A stretch of 59,849 nucleotides of DNA from Gemmatimonadaceae bacterium (GCA_040902005.1 JBBDYA010000127.1:1-59849); one strand, 5' to 3'; counted from the first letter of the stretch, positions 10,360 to 23,063 are shown. Notes: generated by a model not told the origin, from the letters alone. Made by a program: numbers and translations.

Positions 10360-11379
10360 TTGGCGCGGATCGCATTGGACGCGATGGGGGGCGATCACGC
10401 GCCCCAGGCGCCAGTCGCCGGTGCGCTCGAGGCGCTCGCTGAGTTCGACTCCACCCATTCCATTCAGCTGGTCGGCCGCCGCGCCTCCATCGACGAACAG
10501 CTCGATCGGCTGGGCGGCGCGGCCAGCCACGCGCGCGCGCGCATCGAGGTCGTGGATGCCCCCGATGTGATCGAGATGAACGAAAAGCCCACCGCCGTCC
10601 GCAGCAAGCCGAACAGCTCCATGATGCTCGGCCTCAAGCTGCAGGCCGACGGAAAGTCCGATGCGTTCGTCTCCGCCGGCAACACCGGCGCGCAGATGGC
10701 GGCGTCCATGCTCGCTCTCCGGATGCACGCGGGGCTCAAGCGTCCCGCGATCGCCACCGTGTTTCCAACCGCCCGGCGTCCTGTGGTGGTGCTCGACTCC
10801 GGCGCCAACGTGGATTGCTCGCCCGAGGAGCTCGTGCAGTTCGCCCGCCTGGGCGCCGTCTATGCCGAAGACATCCTCGGCCGCACCAAGCCCGCGGTGG
10901 CACTGCTCAGCATTGGAGAGGAAGCTGAAAAAGGGGACGCGGTCACGAAGGAGGCGCACACCCTGCTCGTGAAATCCGGCCTGAATTTCCTCGGGAACTG
11001 CGAAGGACGCGACCTGCCCGAAGGCACCTGCCACCATGGCGACCTCGACGTGGTTGTGTGTGACGGATTCGTCGGCAACGTGATCCTGAAGTTCTACGAG
11101 GCCATCGCCCCGCTCATGGTCCGGATGCTGGTGAAGGAGGGCCTGCCCGAATCCACCATCCGCGATGCGTTGCGCTCCCTGGACTACGCCGAGCATGGCG
11201 GAGCGCCGCTGCTGGGCGTGAAAGGCGTGAGCATCATCTGCCATGGCCGGTCGTCGCCCGCGGCCATCAAGAATGCGCTTCGCGCGGCCGTGCGTTCCGT
11301 GGACAGCAGGATGAACGATCACATCGGCCGCCGTCTCGGGCACGCCGCCGGGAAGGGGGGGGGGAAGGGGCCCACATGA
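10360..11379 (+). CDS. plsX: Phosphate acyltransferase PlsX
   Basis: IALDAMGGDHAP, SAGNTGA, LDSGANVDC, VVVCDGFVGN, GGAPLLGV. Confidence 0.97.
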   Translation: MARIALDAMGGDHAPQAPVAGALEALAEFDSTHSIQLVGRRASIDEQLDRLGGAASHARARIEVVDAPDVIEMNEKPTAVRSKPNSSMMLGLKLQADGKSDAFVSAGNTGAQMAASMLALRMHAGLKRPAIATVFPTARRPVVVLDSGANVDCSPEELVQFARLGAVYAEDILGRTKPAVALLSIGEEAEKGDAVTKEAHTLLVKSGLNFLGNCEGRDLPEGTCHHGDLDVVVCDGFVGNVILKFYEAIAPLMVRMLVKEGLPESTIRDALRSLDYAEHGGAPLLGVKGVSIICHGRSSPAAIKNALRAAVRSVDSRMNDHIGRRLGHAAGKGGGKGPT

Positions 11380-12362
11380 AGCGACCCATCGCCTATATCG
11401 CCGGCACCGGCCGCGGCATACCCGCCACCCTGTTCACCAATGCCGATTTCGCGTCCATCGGTATCGAAACCACCGACGAGTGGATCGTCGAGCGCACCGG
11501 GATCAGGCAGCGTTACATCGCGCGAACTGAATCGGCCACCGACCTGGCTGCCATGGCGTCACGCGAGGCGATGCGAAAGGCGAATGTGCAGCCCGGCGAG
11601 ATCGACCTCATCGTCGTCGGCACCGCGTCGCCGGACCGCCTGTTGCCGTCGGCGGCCGTGGACCTTCAGGCCGCCCTGGGCGCCAGCCGCGCCGCTGCAT
11701 TCGACGTGGGCGCCGCGTGCTCCGGCTTTATCTATGGCGCGACCGTCGCCGAAGGGCTAATGGCCACCACGGGCGCCGAGACCGCGCTGGTCGTCGGCGT
11801 GGAGAAGCTGAGCGCCATCACGGACTGGAAGGATCGGTCTACCGCGGTCCTGTTCGGCGATGGCGCCGGCGCCGCGATTCTCAAGCGCTCGAAGCAGCAC
11901 CGCGGCATCCTGTCCACGTACGTGCGAAGCGATGGAACGCTCGGCGACCTGTTGTGCCGGCCGGCTGGTGGCGCCGCCACGCCGTTTGCCTCGCAACCGG
12001 TCGAGCCGCGCTGGCAGAACATCACGATGAACGGACGCGAGGTCTTCAAGCACGCCGTCCGCTCCATGTCCGATGCCGCAACACGCGCCCTGGACGGCGC
12101 CAAGCTCACCGCGGCGGACATCGACGTGATGATTCCGCACCAGGCGAACATCAGGATCATCGAAGCCACGGCGAAGCACGCGGGCATCCCGATGGACAAG
12201 GTCTACGTGAACGTGGACCGCTATGGCAATACCTCCGCGGCCTCCATTCCGATCGCGCTCGATGAAGCGCTCGAGTCGGGACGCATCAAGGAAGGCTCCA
12301 CGGTGCTCCTCGTCGCCTTCGGCGCGGGATTCACGTGGGGCGCGATGGCGATCGGATTCTAG
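11376..12362 (+). CDS. fabH: Beta-ketoacyl-ACP synthase III
   Basis: AACSGF (Cys), PHQANIRII (His), YGNTSAAS (Asn), FGAGFTWG. Confidence 0.97.
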   Translation: MKRPIAYIAGTGRGIPATLFTNADFASIGIETTDEWIVERTGIRQRYIARTESATDLAAMASREAMRKANVQPGEIDLIVVGTASPDRLLPSAAVDLQAALGASRAAAFDVGAACSGFIYGATVAEGLMATTGAETALVVGVEKLSAITDWKDRSTAVLFGDGAGAAILKRSKQHRGILSTYVRSDGTLGDLLCRPAGGAATPFASQPVEPRWQNITMNGREVFKHAVRSMSDAATRALDGAKLTAADIDVMIPHQANIRIIEATAKHAGIPMDKVYVNVDRYGNTSAASIPIALDEALESGRIKEGSTVLLVAFGAGFTWGAMAIGF

Positions 12363-12373
12363 CCCGGGAACCC

Positions 12374-13312
12374 ATGGACGTCGTGCTACTGTTTCCCGGA
12401 CAGGGCTCGCAGAAACCGGGGATGGCGAAAGATCTGGTCGACGCCTTTCCGGCGGCGCGCGCGGTGTTCGAGCGCGCGGATCGCTGCCTGGCCACGTCGC
12501 TTTCGTCCCTCTGTTTCGAGGGTCCCGCCGAGGAACTGACGCTCACGCACAATGCGCAGCCGGCGCTGCTGGCGCATGGCGCCGCGGTCTGGGCCGTGGT
12601 GCGCGACCGGATCGGGTCGCGCGTGCGCGCCGCGGCTGGCCATTCCCTTGGCGAGTTCACGGCCTACCACGCGGCGGGCGCGATGGAGCTGGAGGATGCG
12701 CTCAAGCTGGTGCGGCGCCGCGGAGAGCTGATGTACGAGAGCGGCGTACGTCGCCCGGGCGCCATGGCGGCGCTGCTCGGCGACCTCAGGGAGCCCGTCG
12801 AAGCCATCTGCGCCCGAGCCACGGCAGAGGCGGGCCTCGTCTCGCCCGCGAACTACAACGCGCCGGGCCAGATCGTGATCAGTGGCGAGGACGCGGGGGT
12901 CGAGCGCGCCATGGCCCTGGCAAAGGAGGCAGGAGCCAAGCGGGCGATCAAGCTGAACGTGAGCGGGGCGTTCCACTCGGCGCTGATGGAAACAGCTCTA
13001 GATGGCCTGTCACAAGCTGTTGCCACTACAGCTTTTGAGAATCCGGCGTTTCCAGTTTTTGCCAACGTAACCGCGCAGGCGGTGACGGAAGCAGGGCAGG
13101 CGCGAGCGTTGCTGCTCAAGCAACTTACGAAGCCCGTCCGGTGGACCGAGGAGGTGGAGGCGATCGCGGAGCGCTTTCCGGCGGCGCTGTTTGTGGAAAT
13201 GGGGCCGGGAAGCGTGTTGACCGGGCTCGTGAAGAAGATCTCGCCATCCGTGAAGACCATGACCTGCGGCACGGCCACCGAAGTCACCCAGCTCCTGGAG
13301 CAAGCCGCATGA
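12374..13312 (+). CDS. fabD: Malonyl-CoA:ACP transacylase
   Basis: FPGQGSQ, GHSLGE, VSGAFHS, EMGPGSVL. Confidence 0.97.
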   Translation: MDVVLLFPGQGSQKPGMAKDLVDAFPAARAVFERADRCLATSLSSLCFEGPAEELTLTHNAQPALLAHGAAVWAVVRDRIGSRVRAAAGHSLGEFTAYHAAGAMELEDALKLVRRRGELMYESGVRRPGAMAALLGDLREPVEAICARATAEAGLVSPANYNAPGQIVISGEDAGVERAMALAKEAGAKRAIKLNVSGAFHSALMETALDGLSQAVATTAFENPAFPVFANVTAQAVTEAGQARALLLKQLTKPVRWTEEVEAIAERFPAALFVEMGPGSVLTGLVKKISPSVKTMTCGTATEVTQLLEQAA

Positions 13313-14046
13313 CGCAGATCGATCTGACGGGGCGGACCGCGCTGGTCACGGGGAGCACCCGGGGCATCGGTCGCGCGATTGCGGAAACGCTCGCGGGGGC
13401 CGGTGCCACCGTCGCCATCGTCGGGCGCGACCGTGCGAAGGCGGAGGAGGCCGCGGGCACCGTGCGCAACGCGAAAGGGTTCGCCTGCGACGTGGGCGAT
13501 CCCGCGTCTGTGACCGCGCTCGTGAACGAGGTGGAACAGAGTCTGGGGGCGGTCGATATCCTCGTGAACAATGCGGGCATCACGAAGGACAACCTGCTGA
13601 TGCGACTGAAGGACGACGACTGGGACGCGGTGCTGAACGCGAATCTCCGTGGGGCCTTCGTGGCCATGCGGGCGGCGAGCCGTGGCATGATGAAGCGTCG
13701 GTGGGGGCGGATCATCAACATTGCCAGTGTGGTGGGCCTCATCGGCAACAAGGGGCAGGCCAACTATGCCGCAAGCAAGGCGGGACTGATCGGACTAACC
13801 AAGTCGGTGGCCAAGGAACTCGCCTCCCGAAACATCCTGGCGAACGTCGTGGCCCCCGGGTTCATCGACACGGACATGACGGCCGCGCTGACGCCGGACG
13901 CCCGTGAGGTGCTCGCGAAGCAGATCCCGCTGGAACGGCTGGGGACCCCGCAGGACGTCGCCGGGGTGGTCGCATTTCTTGCGTCGGAGCACGCCGCCTA
14001 TATCACGGGGCAGGTCGTCGTGGTGGACGGCGGCATGGTCATGTGA
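13309..14046 (+). CDS. fabG: 3-oxoacyl-ACP reductase
   Basis: TGSTRGIG, NNAGITKD, NYAASK, VDGGM. Confidence 0.97.
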   Translation: MTQIDLTGRTALVTGSTRGIGRAIAETLAGAGATVAIVGRDRAKAEEAAGTVRNAKGFACDVGDPASVTALVNEVEQSLGAVDILVNNAGITKDNLLMRLKDDDWDAVLNANLRGAFVAMRAASRGMMKRRWGRIINIASVVGLIGNKGQANYAASKAGLIGLTKSVAKELASRNILANVVAPGFIDTDMTAALTPDAREVLAKQIPLERLGTPQDVAGVVAFLASEHAAYITGQVVVVDGGMVM

Positions 14047-14071
14047 CGTTGCCGCATAGTCTTACTAGATT
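14043..14071 (+). promoter_or_regulatory. Putative acpP promoter
   Basis: GTGACG, 17 bp spacer, TAGATT; GAGGA RBS before the acpP ATG. Confidence 0.45.
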
Positions 14072-14105
14072 CTACCGCACCATCACCTCATAGAGGACAC
14101 GACCC

Positions 14106-14351
14106 ATGGCCGAAAACGCACAACGAGTCCGTGACATCATCGAGAAGGAGCTCGGCGTCGAGCGGGAAAAGCTCACGGACGACGCGAGTTTCATCGAGGA
14201 TCTCGGCGCCGACAGCCTCGACATCGTCGAGCTGGTCATGGAGTTCGAGAAGGAGTTCAACATCGATATTCCCGATGAGGACGCCGAAAAGCTCCGCACT
14301 GTCGGCGACGCGATCGGCTATCTGAATCAGAAGGTGGGGAGCGGCGCCTGA
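14106..14351 (+). CDS. acpP: Acyl carrier protein
   Basis: [14 protein letters not shown] phosphopantetheine site. Confidence 0.98.
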   Translation: MAENAQRVRDIIEKELGVEREKLTDDASFIEDLGADSLDIVELVMEFEKEFNIDIPDEDAEKLRTVGDAIGYLNQKVGSGA

Positions 14352-15595
14352 TGCGGCGTCGGGTCGTCGTGACTGGCATGGGCGCGCTGACGCCAGTCGG
14401 CAATGACGTGGCGACGACCTGGAAGGCGCTGGTCTCCGGCGCATCGGGGGCCGCGAACATCACCAAGTTCGACGCCTCGACGTTTCCGGTGAAGTTCGCG
14501 TGTGAGCTGAAGGGCTTCGATCCGCTGATGTACATGGATCGCAAGGAGGCACGGCGCGCGGACTGGTACACGCAGTACGCGCTCGCCGCGTCGGTGCAGG
14601 CCATGCAGGACGCCGGCCTGGAGAACGCCTCGGGCATCGATCCTGACCGCATCGGCGTGATCGTCGGCAGCGGCATCGGTGGGCTCAAGAGCTTCGAGGA
14701 ACAGCACGACGTGTATCGCGAGCGCGGGCAGACGAAGATCAGCCCGTTCTTCATCCCGATGTTCATCGCGGATATCGCCGCCGGCATCGTGTCCATGCGC
14801 TTCAACGCGAAGGGACCCAACTACGCCACGGTGAGCGCGTGCGCCACCAGCGCGCATGCCATCGGCGACGCATACCGCACCATCCAGTACGGCGACGCCG
14901 ACGTGATGATCACGGGCGGCTCCGAGGCCACGGTGACGCCGATGGCGATCGGCGGTTTCGCCAACATGAAGGCGCTCTCCGAGCGCAATGAATCGCCGGC
15001 CACGGCGTCGCGGCCGTTCGACGCCACGCGCGACGGCTTCGTCATGGGCGAGGGCGCGGGGATCGTGATCCTCGAGGAGCTGGAGCACGCCCGCCAACGC
15101 GGGGCGCGCATTTACGCGGAGATCGTGGGATATGGCGCCACCGGCGACGCCCATCACCTCACCGCGCCAGCGCCCGAGGGGGAGGGCGCGCAGCGCGCCA
15201 TGCGCCGCGCGCTGAACGACGCCAAACTGGCCGTGACCGACGTGCAGTACATCAACGCGCACGGGACGTCGACGCCGGCCAATGACCTGAACGAGACCAA
15301 GGCCATCAAGGCCGTGTTCGGGGAGGCGGCGGGCACGATCAACGTCAGCTCCACCAAGTCGGCCACCGGACACATGCTCGGCGCGGCCGGCGCGGTCGAA
15401 TTCATCGTCTGCGCGCATGTGGTGCGCGAATGCGTGGTGCCGCCAACGATCAACTATCAGACGCCAGACCCGGAACTCGACCTCAACTTCACGCCGAACG
15501 CATCGGCCAAACGCGATGTTCGCGCGGCGCTGTCCAACAGTTTCGGATTCGGCGGGCACAACGTGTCGCTCGCCGTGCAGCGCTTCGAGAGCTGA
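14351..15595 (+). CDS. fabF: Beta-ketoacyl-ACP synthase II
   Basis: SACATS, INAHGTST, TGHMLGAAG, SNSFGFGGHN. Confidence 0.98.
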   Translation: MRRRVVVTGMGALTPVGNDVATTWKALVSGASGAANITKFDASTFPVKFACELKGFDPLMYMDRKEARRADWYTQYALAASVQAMQDAGLENASGIDPDRIGVIVGSGIGGLKSFEEQHDVYRERGQTKISPFFIPMFIADIAAGIVSMRFNAKGPNYATVSACATSAHAIGDAYRTIQYGDADVMITGGSEATVTPMAIGGFANMKALSERNESPATASRPFDATRDGFVMGEGAGIVILEELEHARQRGARIYAEIVGYGATGDAHHLTAPAPEGEGAQRAMRRALNDAKLAVTDVQYINAHGTSTPANDLNETKAIKAVFGEAAGTINVSSTKSATGHMLGAAGAVEFIVCAHVVRECVVPPTINYQTPDPELDLNFTPNASAKRDVRAALSNSFGFGGHNVSLAVQRFES

Positions 15596-15601
15596 CGCGG
15601 C

Positions 15602-16078
15602 GTGACCCGCGTCGGACTTGGGTACGACTCGCACCGGTTCGAGCCACCCGGCCCGTTGACGCTCGGCGGGATTCGCATCCCCTTCGACCTGCATCTGCAC
15701 GGCCATTCCGACGGCGACGCGCTCTGCCACGCGCTCACGGACGCCGTCCTGGGCGCGGCCGGAGCGGGCGATATCGGCGAGATGTTCTCCGATCGCGATC
15801 CAGCCAACGCCGGACGGGATTCCGTCGGGATGCTGACGCTGGCCGTGCGGCGTGCGGGCGACCTGGGATTCCGCGTCGCGCAGGCCGACATCACGATCAT
15901 CGCGGAGTCGCCCCGGCTGGCCGATCACAAGCAGGCCATACGTGAGCGGATGGCCCAGGCCCTGGGCGTGGCGCCCGCGGACGTGAACGTGAAGGCCAAG
16001 ACGAACGAGGGGATGGGCTGGATCGGCCGTGGCGAAGGCATCGCGTGCATCGCCGTCGTCACTCTGGCGCCAGCGTAG
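15602..16078 (+). CDS. ispF: 2-C-methyl-D-erythritol 2,4-cyclodiphosphate synthase
   Basis: GLGYDSHRF, GHSDGD, GDIGEMF, NVKAKTNEGMG. Confidence 0.96.
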   Translation: MTRVGLGYDSHRFEPPGPLTLGGIRIPFDLHLHGHSDGDALCHALTDAVLGAAGAGDIGEMFSDRDPANAGRDSVGMLTLAVRRAGDLGFRVAQADITIIAESPRLADHKQAIRERMAQALGVAPADVNVKAKTNEGMGWIGRGEGIACIAVVTLAPA

Positions 16079-16115
16079 GGCCTCCCGCTCACCGCGCCGT
16101 CGCCCCCCGCCCCCC

Positions 16116-16730
16116 GTGCAGTCGGTCTTCGAGTGGCTCGTCACCCTGCCGCCCAACACGCTGTACGGCGTGCTGGCCCTGATCGCGGCACTGGAAAACT
16201 TCGTGCCGCCGTTTCCGTCGGATCTGACGGTGGCGTTCGGCAGTTTCCTCGTCGCGCAGGGCAGCGAAGGCACCCTCCCGGCAGTGTTCCTGTCGACCTG
16301 GTGTGGCAACGTGGGCGGCGCCATGTGCGTGTACTTCCTCGGCCGGCGGTACGGCGCGCAGCCCATGGAGCGCCGGTTGGCGGGACGGCGCGCGAAGAGC
16401 GTCGATGCCCGATTGCGCGCCCTCTTCGATCGATTCGGCATGGCCGCGGTGTTCGTGAGCCGGTTCATCCCGGGGGTGCGCGCCATCGTACCCGCGTTCG
16501 CCGGCGCCCTGCGATTGCCCGTCGGCCGCACGTTCGCCATGATGGCGCTGGCCTCGGCTCTCTGGTACGGACTCATTACGTACGTGGCGTTCCGCGTAGG
16601 GGCGGATTGGGAGCGCCTCCGCGAAACCCTCAGCCGCTATGGTCGGGGCGCGGCAATCGTGTCAGGAATCATCCTCGTGGCGGGTCTGGCAACATGGTAC
16701 CTCGCGCACCGACGTCGCACGCCGACCTGA
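16116..16730 (+). CDS. DedA family membrane protein
   Basis: ENFVPPFPSD, GNVGG...YFLGRRYG, SRFIPGVR; GTG start inferred. Confidence 0.88.
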   Translation: MQSVFEWLVTLPPNTLYGVLALIAALENFVPPFPSDLTVAFGSFLVAQGSEGTLPAVFLSTWCGNVGGAMCVYFLGRRYGAQPMERRLAGRRAKSVDARLRALFDRFGMAAVFVSRFIPGVRAIVPAFAGALRLPVGRTFAMMALASALWYGLITYVAFRVGADWERLRETLSRYGRGAAIVSGIILVAGLATWYLAHRRRTPT

Positions 16731-16750
16731 TTCCCGACGCGCAGGCGCGC

Positions 16751-17635
16751 GTGTTCCTGCTCGAGCGGTTCACGGACTTTCTCACGCTCGAGAAAGGATC
16801 GTCTCCGCGAACGCGCGACGCGTACGCGCGGGACGTGTCACGATTCGTCACGTTCGCCCTCACGCGCGGCGCCGCGGCGCCGGCGGCGGTGACGCCCAGG
16901 ATCCTCCGGGACTTCATCTATCAGATGAAGGATCTCGGACTCTCCCCCGCGTCCATCCGGCGCAACGTTTCATCGGTCCGCGGCTACTTCCGCTTTCTGC
17001 TGGGGGACGGACACCTTGCGCTGGACCCGAGCGAGCGGCTGGAGACGCCGCAGCGGTGGCGAACGCTCCCCGAGGTGCTCACGAAGGACGAGGTGCGGCG
17101 CCTGCTCGCCGCGCCGACGATGGACGATACCCTGTACTTTCGCGACCGCGCGATGCTCGAGGTGGCGTATGGCGCCGGCCTGCGCGTCTCCGAGTGGATC
17201 GGCATCGGCGTCAAGGACCTCCAGATGGACGACGGGCTGATTCGCGTATTCGGCAAGGGAAGCAAGGAGCGACTCGTGCCGATCGGCCGGAGCGCGATCG
17301 GCGCGCTGGCCATCTACCTGCGCGAACTGCGCCCCGCCATCGAGCGCGGAGCCGGCAAGGGCAGGCTGTTCCTGAACGCCCGCGGCGAGCCCCTGTCGCG
17401 CATGGGTGCCTGGAAGATCCTGCGCAAGTACGTGGAGCGCGCCGGCATCGCCAAGACGGTGTCTCCGCACACGTTGCGCCACTCATTCGCCACCCACCTG
17501 CTGGAGGGCGGGGCCGACCTGCGCGCGGTACAGGAGATGCTTGGACATGCCGACATCTCGACCACGCAGATCTACACGCACGTGGATCGCGAGTACCTCC
17601 GGCAGGTGCACCGGCGCTATCATCCGCGGGCATGA
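16751..17635 (+). CDS. xerD: Tyrosine recombinase XerD
   Basis: RDRAMLEVAYGAGLRVSE, GKGSKERLVP, SPHTLRHSFATHLLEGGADLRAVQEMLGHADISTTQIYTHV; start approximate. Confidence 0.92.
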   Translation: MFLLERFTDFLTLEKGSSPRTRDAYARDVSRFVTFALTRGAAAPAAVTPRILRDFIYQMKDLGLSPASIRRNVSSVRGYFRFLLGDGHLALDPSERLETPQRWRTLPEVLTKDEVRRLLAAPTMDDTLYFRDRAMLEVAYGAGLRVSEWIGIGVKDLQMDDGLIRVFGKGSKERLVPIGRSAIGALAIYLRELRPAIERGAGKGRLFLNARGEPLSRMGAWKILRKYVERAGIAKTVSPHTLRHSFATHLLEGGADLRAVQEMLGHADISTTQIYTHVDREYLRQVHRRYHPRA

Positions 17636-18207
17636 TCCTCGTCATCGACAACTACGACTCGTTCACGTACAACCTCGTCCAGTACCTCGGCGAGTTGGGC
17701 GCCGACCCGGTCGTGCGGCGCAACGACGCGATTGCGGTTGACGACGTGGGCACGCTGGGGCCGTCCGCCATCGTGATCTCGCCGGGCCCCGGCGAGCCGG
17801 CGCAGGCTGGCGTGTCCGTTCCGTTGGTGCGGCGCTGGGGGGCCACGATCCCCATTCTTGGCGTGTGTCTCGGCCATCAAGCCATTGGTGAGGCGTATGG
17901 GGGGCGGGTCGTGCGCGCCGCGCGCGTGATGCATGGCAAGACGTCCCGCGTACGGCACGATGGGCGGGAACTGTTCGCCGGGCTCCCCAACCCCTTGGAA
18001 GTCATGCGATACCACTCCCTGGTCGTGGAGTCCGCGTCGCTTCCCGGTAGCCTCACAGTGCTTGCGCGCGATGAGAGCGACCCGGAGGAGATCCATGCGG
18101 TGCGTCACCGGGAGCATCGGGTCTGGGGCGTGCAGTTTCATCCCGAATCCATCATGACGCCACACGGAAAGCCGATGCTGAAGAACTTCCTCGAGCTCGC
18201 CAGTTGA
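17632..18207 (+). CDS. Anthranilate/aminodeoxychorismate synthase component II (glutamine amidotransferase)
   Basis: MILVIDNYDSFTYNL, SPGPG, GVCLGHQ, RYHSL, QFHPES. Confidence 0.95.
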   Translation: MILVIDNYDSFTYNLVQYLGELGADPVVRRNDAIAVDDVGTLGPSAIVISPGPGEPAQAGVSVPLVRRWGATIPILGVCLGHQAIGEAYGGRVVRAARVMHGKTSRVRHDGRELFAGLPNPLEVMRYHSLVVESASLPGSLTVLARDESDPEEIHAVRHREHRVWGVQFHPESIMTPHGKPMLKNFLELAS

Positions 18208-19697
18208 GACTGTATCTGGCCGTCGTCGCCGGCATCCTCCTGCTGCCCGCCGGCGCGGCGGCGCAGGCGCGGGTGACGGTCATCGATGCCGGCCCCGGCT
18301 CCAGCGGCCGAATCCTCCGGACCGCGACAGCGCTGCCGCACCGGCTCGTGGAGCCGGACACCGGATGGTTCATCCTGGGCCGTGACTCGACCCAGCGCAC
18401 CACCCTCATCGTGCTGGGGCGCAGCGCCGCGATCGCGTCGCGCGTGGACGGCGACGTGATCGTGGTGGGCGGGGATCTGTATGTTCGCCCGGGCGCGCAC
18501 ATCACGGGGCGCGGCGTCGCCATCGGCGGCGGCACCTACCCCTCCACGCTCGCCGTCGTGGAGCAGGGGACGCTGAGCTTCCGCGACAACACGTTCTCCA
18601 TCGCGCCCGGGCCAGGCGGATACACGCTCGCGTACCAGTCCCTGCGGGAACACGCGTCTCCGCCGCTCCTCTTTCCCGGCGCCTACGGGTTGCGGATGCC
18701 GCGCTACGATCGCGTGAACGGAGTGTCCATCCCCTTCGGGCCGTCGCTCACCGTGGCATCCGGGCGCGGTGAACTGGACGCGCTGGTCACCTATCGCTCG
18801 GATCTCGGGCAGTTCGATCCGTCGGTGGAAGGGGGGGTCCAGTTCTCCCGCCGTTTGCGCGCGCAAGCCGCCGTCGGGCGGGGCACGCTCTCGAACGACG
18901 CCTGGATCTGGTCAAACCTGGTGAACTCCTTCTCCGCGCTGGTGTTCGGCAAGGACACCCGCAACTATTACCGCGCGGACCGCGCGGAGTTGACGGTGCA
19001 CCGGTTGTGGGAAACCGTAAGCGCCCAGATCGAGCCGTTCATCGGCGCGATGGCCGAACGCGCGTGGTCCATCGGCCCGTCTGTCGGCAGCCAGCACGGC
19101 CCATGGAGTCTCTTCGGGCGAGCGGACAGTCTGGGCATGCGCCGCCCGAACCCGCCCATCCAGCCCGGCGATATCGCGTCAGCGCTGGCGGGAGGCACCG
19201 TGCTGTGGGAAGCGCAGGACGTTCGCGTGCGTCTCCGATCGCGCGGCGAGATCGCGCTCGCCGCGCCCGCGGACCAGCGCTTTCAGCAGGCCACGACGGA
19301 CCTGGACGTGAGTTTTCCCACCGTGCGCGAACAGGAGTACGCGCTGGAGGTGCATTGGGTGACGACCTTCGGCGACACACCGCCGCCGCAGCGCTTTTCC
19401 TGGCTCGGTGGGTCGGGCACCCTGCCGTTCCTGGACCTGCTGGAGCAGGGGGGCGACGAGGCCCTCCTCATCGAGCAGCGCTATTCGGTTCCGGTGCCAC
19501 GCATCCGGGTGGGGTTCCTGGGTGAGCCCACGCTCCAGTTCCGGCACCGGTTGGGGAGCGCTGGGATCGGGCGGCTGCCGACCCTCGAGCAGGTCATCGG
19601 CGTGGGTGTCATGCTTGCGCTCGTCCGCGGCGAGATCCAGCTCGACCCAGCCCGGGGTGAAACGCGCTTCTCCGTGGGCTTTTCGTTCTCGCGATAG
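18204..19697 (+). CDS. Putative secreted/outer-membrane beta-barrel protein
   Basis: N-terminal signal-like LAVVAGILLLPAGAAAQA; GDVIVVGGDL beta-helix-like segment; C-terminal FSVGFSF; coupled to the upstream gene. Confidence 0.7.
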   Translation: MRLYLAVVAGILLLPAGAAAQARVTVIDAGPGSSGRILRTATALPHRLVEPDTGWFILGRDSTQRTTLIVLGRSAAIASRVDGDVIVVGGDLYVRPGAHITGRGVAIGGGTYPSTLAVVEQGTLSFRDNTFSIAPGPGGYTLAYQSLREHASPPLLFPGAYGLRMPRYDRVNGVSIPFGPSLTVASGRGELDALVTYRSDLGQFDPSVEGGVQFSRRLRAQAAVGRGTLSNDAWIWSNLVNSFSALVFGKDTRNYYRADRAELTVHRLWETVSAQIEPFIGAMAERAWSIGPSVGSQHGPWSLFGRADSLGMRRPNPPIQPGDIASALAGGTVLWEAQDVRVRLRSRGEIALAAPADQRFQQATTDLDVSFPTVREQEYALEVHWVTTFGDTPPPQRFSWLGGSGTLPFLDLLEQGGDEALLIEQRYSVPVPRIRVGFLGEPTLQFRHRLGSAGIGRLPTLEQVIGVGVMLALVRGEIQLDPARGETRFSVGFSFSR

Positions 19698-19769
19698 CGC
19701 CAGCCCGCGCGCATCGCTACACTACACTTCCGTGCCGGTCGGACCGATTTTCCCAGTCCGGCGCGGGGT

Positions 19770-22207
<2,438 letters not shown>

Positions 22208-22208
22208 C

Positions 22209-23063
22209 GTGGCAGTGTTCGCCGAGGACGCACTCTTCGTCATTGCCGGCCCGTGCGTCCTCGAGGACGACGCGCTGAACCTTCGCATCGCCGCGCATCT
22301 CGCGAAGCTCGCTGACCGCGTGCCCGGCGGCATCATCTACAAGGCGAGCTTCGACAAGGCGAATCGCTCGAACGCGGGCGCGCACCGCGGACCGGGGATC
22401 CACGAGGGACTGGAGATGCTCGCGCGCGTCAAGCGCGAGTCGGGGCTGCCGGTGCTCACGGACGTCCATCTTCCCGAGCAGTGCGCGGCGGTGGCGCAGG
22501 TGGCCGACGTGCTGCAGATCCCAGCGTTCCTCTGCCGCCAGACAGACCTGCTGAATGCCGCGGGCGCGACGGGGAAGGCCGTCAACATCAAGAAGGGTCA
22601 GTGGATGCACCCGGAGGGAATGCGTGGCGCCGTCGAAAAAGTGCGCGACGCCACCAGCGGGATGCGTCAGGCGAAGGGCGACCGGCGACTGTCCATGCCG
22701 GCGGCAAGGCTGTCGGACATCGCCGTCACCGATCGCGGCACATTCTTCGGGTATGGTGACCTGGTGGTGGATATGCGCGACTTCGCGCGGATGCGTGAGT
22801 CCTGCGGCGTTCCGGTGATCTTCGACGCGACCCACAGCGTGCAGCGCCCCGGCCTGGGCGCCGCCGGTTCGAGTGGCGGCGCCCGTGAATTCATTCCGCC
22901 CCTGACCCTGGCGGCGATCGCCGCCGGCGCGAACGGGCTGTTCCTCGAAACGCACCCGGCGCCGGATGGCGCGCCCAGCGACGGACCGAACATGCTGCCG
23001 CTGGACCAGCTGGCGCCCCTCCTCGACCGCGTGATGCGGGTATGGAACGCGACGCACACGTGA
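22209..23063 (+). CDS. kdsA: KDO-8-phosphate synthase (metal-dependent type)
   Basis: IAGPC (Cys of metal-dependent class), KASFDKANRS, QIPAFLCRQT, DATHSVQ, FLETHP, SDG. Confidence 0.96.
   Translation: MAVFAEDALFVIAGPCVLEDDALNLRIAAHLAKLADRVPGGIIYKASFDKANRSNAGAHRGPGIHEGLEMLARVKRESGLPVLTDVHLPEQCAAVAQVADVLQIPAFLCRQTDLLNAAGATGKAVNIKKGQWMHPEGMRGAVEKVRDATSGMRQAKGDRRLSMPAARLSDIAVTDRGTFFGYGDLVVDMRDFARMRESCGVPVIFDATHSVQRPGLGAAGSSGGAREFIPPLTLAAIAAGANGLFLETHPAPDGAPSDGPNMLPLDQLAPLLDRVMRVWNATHT

Noticed and set aside
16751..17635. Tyrosine recombinase as a sign of a mobile element
   Set aside because: XerD-type motifs, embedded in a housekeeping operon, no att sites or cargo.
22650..22720. ~20-aa insertion in KdsA
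   Set aside because: In frame, apparently in a variable loop; catalytic motifs intact; no repeat or element structure seen.
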